The notes beneath the pieces were generated by a model. The model did no database searches. It worked only from the letters and a program-made list of their open reading frames with translations, and was not told where the DNA came from. This document shows, piece by piece, positions 58,599-64,000 of a DNA stretch of 64,000 bases; position 1 is the stretch's first letter, and the number at the start of each line of letters is the position of its first letter. Position numbers and translations under genes: made by a program. Source of the DNA: a virus. The stretch lies in the IMG/VR virus record IMGVR_UViG_3300009155_000044, positions 56,074-120,073 of that record. One strand, 5' to 3'.

Positions 58599-59006
58599 CC
58601 AATCAATCTCGCTGAGAGTGTATTCGCACGTTAATTCCTCTCCAGGAGAAATTTCTCTCAGTGCAGTGTAATAGTCTAAAACTAAATTATGATGTAAGTT
58701 TGGAGAGTCACTATGATTAACATAGTAGGCTGGATAAACTTTATCTAAATTACAATCAATATAAAATCCACTCTCATTAGAATTACAAATTTGTTTGATA
58801 TAATTTAATACATCACTAGAAACATGAGACACTTCACTCCAAAGAATAAATTGATTATTAATTGCAGAAAATACAATCTCTCCACGTTCAATTTTACTCA
58901 CTGCAAAAACTCCCACTCCAGCCCCATTAATTTTGCTAGGAGCAAGTTTGCAAACTAAAGCATGATGCAGATCTTGAATGATTTTATTTTTATTTTTTTG
59001 GTTCAT
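58593..59006 (-). CDS. SET-domain protein (lysine methyltransferase-like)
   Basis: SKINGAGVGVFA, YVNHSDSPN, ALREISPGEELTCEY. Confidence 0.9.
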   Translation of the reverse strand: MNQKNKNKIIQDLHHALVCKLAPSKINGAGVGVFAVSKIERGEIVFSAINNQFILWSEVSHVSSDVLNYIKQICNSNESGFYIDCNLDKVYPAYYVNHSDSPNLHHNLVLDYYTALREISPGEELTCEYTLSEIDWV

Positions 59007-59622
59007 TTGAAAATTCAGTGATGTAGCTATTGTCTGTAAATTGACTTCTTTTATTCTCTACGCTATAAGTTGTGAGATCAATCTCGTAACCTGGATTTTT
59101 TTCAATAGGAACATCCACCCAAGCATCATCGTGCCAAATGATTTTATTATTAGGATAACAGTAAAAATTACCATTGTCCATTTTAAACAAATGACCACAT
59201 TTATGCTCTGGAGTTTCCGAGAAGTTGGTATCAAGCATCGCTTTATTTTCCCAACTCCAATCAAAAGTCATCATGTATTCTCCAGCTTCTTTAGATCCAT
59301 CTGGACAAATAAGTTTAGCTCTAAGACCTCTCATTCTAGCGCGAACATTAACATCAATATAAGGACTAAAACAGTCCCAATACATTGCTTTCTCTAGCTT
59401 TACTGGCAGACAAGGTTTCCAGCAAAATGCTGAAATTGGTCGTCTAGTCCAGTTTACTCCATTAGTTAAAAACCCTTCAAACAATGGCACTCTTTTTTCA
59501 ATCGATGCAACACTATGCACATCACAGCTAGTATATTCTCCAAAGCCCTTTTTATGATTAAAAAGATACTCATTTCTCATTAAGCAAGTGATGGTAGGAA
59601 GATTATGATTCAAGTACGCCAT
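58990..59622 (-). CDS. Conserved phage hypothetical protein
   Basis: 210-aa ORF with leaderless-type promoter (TAAAAT 5 nt before ATG). Confidence 0.7.
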   Translation of the reverse strand: MAYLNHNLPTITCLMRNEYLFNHKKGFGEYTSCDVHSVASIEKRVPLFEGFLTNGVNWTRRPISAFCWKPCLPVKLEKAMYWDCFSPYIDVNVRARMRGLRAKLICPDGSKEAGEYMMTFDWSWENKAMLDTNFSETPEHKCGHLFKMDNGNFYCYPNNKIIWHDDAWVDVPIEKNPGYEIDLTTYSVENKRSQFTDNSYITEFSNEPKK

Positions 59623-59679
59623 ATAAAATTTTAAGTTAAAAATAATAGAAATCTAGTTTATTATTATTAATATCATGAT

Positions 59680-60162
59680 ATGTTTAGTCTCTATAAGCCT
59701 AATTCTAAAAATACTGGATGCGCGTTCGCCTTTAAAGAAGGAGTGACTGGTAAAAATTATGAGCCATGCGTTTACGTTAATGGTATTCAACAATATTCTT
59801 GGAATGATGCTACTAAAAATGGATCATTTTCGGAAAATGCTAAAAATCCTGAAAAGATTATCGCATTTAAATTGAATGAATTTGAGCTTGGTGGTCTTAT
59901 TAATGCTATTGAAAATCGCATCGAGTATAAAGCTTTTCATACTTTTGATGATAATAAGACTGTCATCAACTTTAAACCATACACAAAGCAAGATGGAACT
60001 GCTGCATACTCTTTGAGCGTAACTAAAAACTCCACAATCAAGTTTGGAGTGGGCATTGAAGTTGGAGAGGCTTACGTTTTGAGAGAGTTTTGCAAAAACA
60101 TTCTTCGCAATATTTTTGAATTCCGCTACAAGCAAAATCAAAGCTCCAAAAATAATGAGTAA
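59680..60162 (+). CDS. Hypothetical protein, possible PC4/Whirly-like ssDNA-binding fold
   Basis: Beta-beta-helix repeat pattern (FKLNEFELGGL; GIEVGEAYVL); fold is a guess. Confidence 0.35.
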   Translation: MFSLYKPNSKNTGCAFAFKEGVTGKNYEPCVYVNGIQQYSWNDATKNGSFSENAKNPEKIIAFKLNEFELGGLINAIENRIEYKAFHTFDDNKTVINFKPYTKQDGTAAYSLSVTKNSTIKFGVGIEVGEAYVLREFCKNILRNIFEFRYKQNQSSKNNE

Positions 60163-62047
60163 AAAAACAGTACTATTGCATTCAAATTTTTGCAAAGCCT
60201 TTACTGGATTTGGCAAAAATAAAAAAAATATTCTACGATATTTATTTAATACTAATAAATATAACATCGTCGAATTTGCTAATGGTCAACATTGGCAAAG
60301 CAGAGAAACAGAAAGTACTCCTTGGAAAACTTATGGATCTCTTCCAACTCCAGAAGCATTTAATAAAATCACTGATCCAGCATTGCAACGAGCAGCATCT
60401 TATGGAGCGGAGTTGATTGACAATGTTATTAAACAGGTCAAGCCAGATGTTTATATTGGCATCGAAGACATTTGGGCATTTGATACTCTATACTCTAAAC
60501 CATGGTGGAATAAAATTAATTGCATGATTTGGACAACTTTAGATAGTTTACCAATTTTACAGTCTGCCATTGATGCTGCCCCCAAAACTAAAAACTATTA
60601 TGTTTGGGCATCTTTTGCTGAAATAGCATTTCAAGAAATGGGGTACTCTCATGTAAAAACGCTGCGCGGAAGTTTAGATGCATCTTCTTTTTATAAAATG
60701 TCTCCTCTTCAAAGGCTAGAGTTGAGAAGTAAAAACAACTTACAAGATGAATTCATCATTGGTTTTGTTTTTCGTAACCAATTAAGAAAGAGTGTTCCTA
60801 ATATTTTAGATGGATTCAAACTGTTTAAACAGTCCACTCCAAAAGCTAAACTTTTGCTTCACACTCATTGGTCAGAAGGATGGGATATTCCTCGACTCTT
60901 AGAAGAGAAGAGCATTGATAAGAATGATATTTTAACAACTTATTTTTGCAAATCTTGTAGCGCTTATAGCATTCAACCTTTTTCAGGACAGCAAAAACAA
61001 TGTCCTCATTGTAGAACTGAGCAGTCGTTTTCCACTACTAATATTTCAGATGGAGTTAATGAATCTCAATTAAATGAAATTTATAATCTCATGGATGTTT
61101 ACTGTCATCCATTCACTAGTGGCGGACAAGAAATCCCCATTCAAGAAGCTAAGCTCACAGAGCTAATCACATTAGCCACTGATTATTCGTGCGGCGAAGA
61201 TTATTGTCATGAAAATAGTGGAGGCTTGCCACTTGATTGGTTTGAATATAGAGAACCAGGAACTCAATTTATTAAAGCTTCTACTTGTCCTATTAGCATT
61301 TCTAATCAACTGCACAAAGTTTATAACATGTCAGTTTCTGAGAGGCAAGAAATGGGAGCTAAAGCTAGACAGTTTGTAGTTGACGAGTGCTCAATAGAAG
61401 TTATTGGTAAAAAAATTGAAGACATCATTGATGCTATGCCAGATGTAGAGTTTGATTTTGATTTTAAATCAATCGAGAAAAATCACGCTTATTCTCCCGC
61501 AACAATGGAAGTGGATAATGTAACATTTTTAATTGATCTTTATAAAAATATTTTAAATGAAGACATGGATAAAAACTCCACAGGAGTCAAGCATTGGTTG
61601 CATGTGTTAGCAAATGGAACTAGTAAAGCTCATATTTTAAAGCATTTTCAAGATGTTGCTTTGAAAACAAATACTGATGCAAAAGCTGTAGATTTTAGCA
61701 GCATATTAGATTCGGATGATGAGGGGCGAAGAATTGCAGTAGTAGTTCCAGACTCAGAAACTGATGTTTTATTGATTAATGGATTAATGAAAAATTTGAA
61801 AAAACAATATCCTAAATACAATATTTACGTTATTACTAATCCAAATAATTTTGAATATATAGAAGATAATGTTTATATTCACAAATGCATTCCTTACTCT
61901 CCATCCATTGATAGTGCGCCAATTTTAGAGGGACAATCTCATCATAATGGATATTTTGAACTAGCTTTCTTTCCAACAATTACAACTCAAAAAATCATTT
62001 CCTTTGTTCATAATGGAAAAGATAAAATTCAATTCGCACTAACATGA
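60155..62047 (+). CDS. Multidomain GT4 glycosyltransferase with zinc ribbon (start likely 60155)
   Basis: TGFG, RNQLRK, CKSC...CPHC, HPFTSGGQEIPIQEAK; C-terminal extra domains. Confidence 0.8.
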   Translation: MSKKTVLLHSNFCKAFTGFGKNKKNILRYLFNTNKYNIVEFANGQHWQSRETESTPWKTYGSLPTPEAFNKITDPALQRAASYGAELIDNVIKQVKPDVYIGIEDIWAFDTLYSKPWWNKINCMIWTTLDSLPILQSAIDAAPKTKNYYVWASFAEIAFQEMGYSHVKTLRGSLDASSFYKMSPLQRLELRSKNNLQDEFIIGFVFRNQLRKSVPNILDGFKLFKQSTPKAKLLLHTHWSEGWDIPRLLEEKSIDKNDILTTYFCKSCSAYSIQPFSGQQKQCPHCRTEQSFSTTNISDGVNESQLNEIYNLMDVYCHPFTSGGQEIPIQEAKLTELITLATDYSCGEDYCHENSGGLPLDWFEYREPGTQFIKASTCPISISNQLHKVYNMSVSERQEMGAKARQFVVDECSIEVIGKKIEDIIDAMPDVEFDFDFKSIEKNHAYSPATMEVDNVTFLIDLYKNILNEDMDKNSTGVKHWLHVLANGTSKAHILKHFQDVALKTNTDAKAVDFSSILDSDDEGRRIAVVVPDSETDVLLINGLMKNLKKQYPKYNIYVITNPNNFEYIEDNVYIHKCIPYSPSIDSAPILEGQSHHNGYFELAFFPTITTQKIISFVHNGKDKIQFALT

Positions 62048-63201
62048 GCCACCTCATTGAAGAATATTCTAAAAGTTTAGGAGTGAGAATTTCTAAACCA
62101 ATTGTTTCTCGTCATTTTTATCCCATGATGTTTGACAACTACATCACAATTCAACTAGCTGCTGATATTACTGCTAAAAAATATCATTACTACGAAATTG
62201 TAATTGATATCATTTCTAGCAAATTGCAAAAACTTGGCATTTCAATTGTTCAAATTGGCGCGACTCCAGAAACTAAATTAAAAAATGTAAATATTAGTTA
62301 TGGTAAACTAGGATTTAAAAATACTGCTTACATTATTTCAAAATCCAAGCTTCACATTGGAGTTGACGACTGCTTATCTCACTACGCTAACTCGCTCAAT
62401 ATTCCTCAAGTAACATTATTCTCTAATGTTTATAGTTCTGTAACAGAAGGATACTGGTCTAAATCAAAGATTAACATTGAAGCTCCTTGGACAGTAAAAC
62501 CTTGTTTAAGCAATTATGATCCAGAAGATTCTATTAATAAAATTCTTCCAGAAACTATTGCTGCTGCTATTTTAAAATCTTTAAAAATAGATGACAAGAT
62601 TCCTTTAAAAACTCTTTTCACTGGAAAAATGTATCATAATAAAATTATTGAAATTGTTCCAGATTTTTTTAATCCATCATTAGTTCCAGCTAGTGAATTT
62701 TGTTTTTTAAGATTAGATTGGGAGAATAGCAATGAAGTTTGGACGCACTGGTTTCAGTATTTGAATCGATTCGCCATCATCACAGACAAGTTTATTCCAG
62801 TAGAATTGATTGATTCTTTTAAACATAAAATTCATATTTTATCTTTGATTGTAGATGTTCAAAATAAACCAACAGTTGAGTATTTAGAAGCTTTAAAGAA
62901 GTTGAAAATTCAATTTCATTTGCTAGTTAAAAATATAGATGAACTTCCAACTTTGCGAGATGAGTTTTTTGATTATTCAGTTCAAGAATATGGAGTGGAC
63001 TCTAAAGACGTTTTACCAAAAGACTTTTCATTTAAAAATGCATTTTTTAATTCTAGTAAAACTATTTTATCAAAAAATCAAAAATATAATAGCAGATATC
63101 ATTTGCTAAAAGGTGAAAAATTTGTTGACAAAAACTTTGAACTGTGCGAAGATGAAGTTCTCTTAGAAGAACTAAAACATTTTTATGTCTACTCAAAATA
63201 A
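62044..63201 (+). CDS. GT9-like (heptosyltransferase-like) protein
   Basis: IVQIGA...HIGVDDCLSHYA...QVTLFS. Confidence 0.6.
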   Translation: MSHLIEEYSKSLGVRISKPIVSRHFYPMMFDNYITIQLAADITAKKYHYYEIVIDIISSKLQKLGISIVQIGATPETKLKNVNISYGKLGFKNTAYIISKSKLHIGVDDCLSHYANSLNIPQVTLFSNVYSSVTEGYWSKSKINIEAPWTVKPCLSNYDPEDSINKILPETIAAAILKSLKIDDKIPLKTLFTGKMYHNKIIEIVPDFFNPSLVPASEFCFLRLDWENSNEVWTHWFQYLNRFAIITDKFIPVELIDSFKHKIHILSLIVDVQNKPTVEYLEALKKLKIQFHLLVKNIDELPTLRDEFFDYSVQEYGVDSKDVLPKDFSFKNAFFNSSKTILSKNQKYNSRYHLLKGEKFVDKNFELCEDEVLLEELKHFYVYSK

Positions 63202-64000
63202 CGAAATCTTAGATAGCGAAACTCCTATTATCCAAGAGGTGAATAATAAACCTCCACATAGCATTGAGTTTAAACGCAATGAATATGGATTGCTTAGTTC
63301 AGTTAATTATTCATTCAATGAGGATGGATCAGTAAATTGGCGCAGCATGATCAAGCCTGAATTTCTTTATCCAAATAAAGATTGGTTTGATCTTCGCAAG
63401 CAAACCGTTCCATCTTCCGCAGAAGGATTAACAGACAAGCAGCTTCTCATCATGCTGGGAGGAATCAAAGAACTAGCAAAGCTACGAGGATTCACAAAAG
63501 TAAAGTATTCATTAGATTATCCTAGAGATAATTATGTTGTGGCTAAATGCTCTATTGAGTGGATGCCAAATTATGAAAATGCTGAAAGTGTCATTTATGA
63601 AGATGTAGCTAATGCTACTAGTGATAATACTGATCTTTTTTGTTTAAAGTTCTTAGAGACTATTGCTTGCAATAGAGCTTTTGTTCGTTGCGTTCGCAAC
63701 TTTTTAAACATTCACATTGTGGGTGCTGATGAAATTGACAAGTCTAAAAACAGAGTTTCAGATGTTGCTGAGCTTATGATTTCCAATGCAGTGCCAATTA
63801 CTGCACAGGGCGCTCTAGAAAAGGCTGTGAATGAATTACTGCATGTTCAGACCTTGGAAGACTTTAAAGCGTTCCTGCGCGAAATATGGAAGAAAGCTGG
63901 CACATCAGAGAAGCAAGAACTCTCTGAATTGCTGTCTGACGCTAAAGAGTGGAATGTTTTCAAAGATATTCCATCAAAACAATCAAGAATGCTTCTTAAA
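63185..64000 (+). CDS. Putative Rad52/Sak-like ssDNA annealing protein (3'-truncated; absent from ORF track)
   Basis: ATG 63185 opens an unbroken frame MSTQNNEIL...GGIKELAKLRGF...VVAKCSIEW...ETIACNRAFVRCVRNFLNI to the window end. Confidence 0.55.
   Translation, partial: MSTQNNEILDSETPIIQEVNNKPPHSIEFKRNEYGLLSSVNYSFNEDGSVNWRSMIKPEFLYPNKDWFDLRKQTVPSSAEGLTDKQLLIMLGGIKELAKLRGFTKVKYSLDYPRDNYVVAKCSIEWMPNYENAESVIYEDVANATSDNTDLFCLKFLETIACNRAFVRCVRNFLNIHIVGADEIDKSKNRVSDVAELMISNAVPITAQGALEKAVNELLHVQTLEDFKAFLREIWKKAGTSEKQELSELLSDAKEWNVFKDIPSKQSRMLLK

Noticed and set aside
163-60416. Many short antisense or nested ORFs in the track (e.g. 163..357, 2833..3105, 7339..7653, 17688..17915, 59041..59397, 59824..60267)
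   Set aside because: They lie within longer motif-supported genes and show no recognisable motifs; shadow ORFs.
1-64000. Stop-codon reassignment
   Set aside because: Long genes are uninterrupted in code 11 and TAA, TAG and TGA all end genes; only the two HEG relics are broken.
1-64000. Eukaryotic giant virus (glycan island, SET, DUF5824-like domain) or bacterial chromosome
   Set aside because: Tape measure and tail genes, sigma70 promoters, a sigma factor, DnaE/DnaB/DnaG/SSB and dense operons point to a tailed phage.

Overview
This is a 64-kb segment of a large, AT-rich, probably lytic tailed dsDNA phage (Caudoviricetes) read in the standard genetic code. No integrase, tRNA or CRISPR array was seen. 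Layout: (1) 1-19.5 kb tail module with two near-duplicate tail-tube-like genes, two more tube-like paralogs, a 2728-aa tape measure protein and a repeat-rich fibre. (2) 19.5-24 kb leftward operon (Hsp20, GT, SSB, sigma factor, dNMP kinase, dUTPase) ending at a decayed LAGLIDADG relic. (3) A structured, origin-like non-coding switch region at about 24.0-24.3 kb. (4) A class Id-type RNR with an intein in nrdA and GDP-fucose synthase between the subunits. (5) A ~12-kb very AT-rich glycan island (GT11, GT6, sugar C-methyltransferase, FkbM methyltransferases, GT4s, Gmd). (6) A replication module: RecA, DnaB with a Met1 class-3-type intein, primase, and Pol III alpha in three genes, two of which are joined by a naturally split intein flanking a decayed Vsr-like endonuclease. 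(7) Clp ATPase, pseudokinase, second fibre, SET protein, further GTs and a Rad52-like annealing protein. Most notable: the fractured dnaE; a tape measure protein whose GFxPNFA repeats bracket PD-(D/E)XK-like domains; a fucose/GT11/GT6 blood-group-like pathway; and promoters placed for leaderless mRNAs. All family calls come from motif recognition by eye, not database searches.
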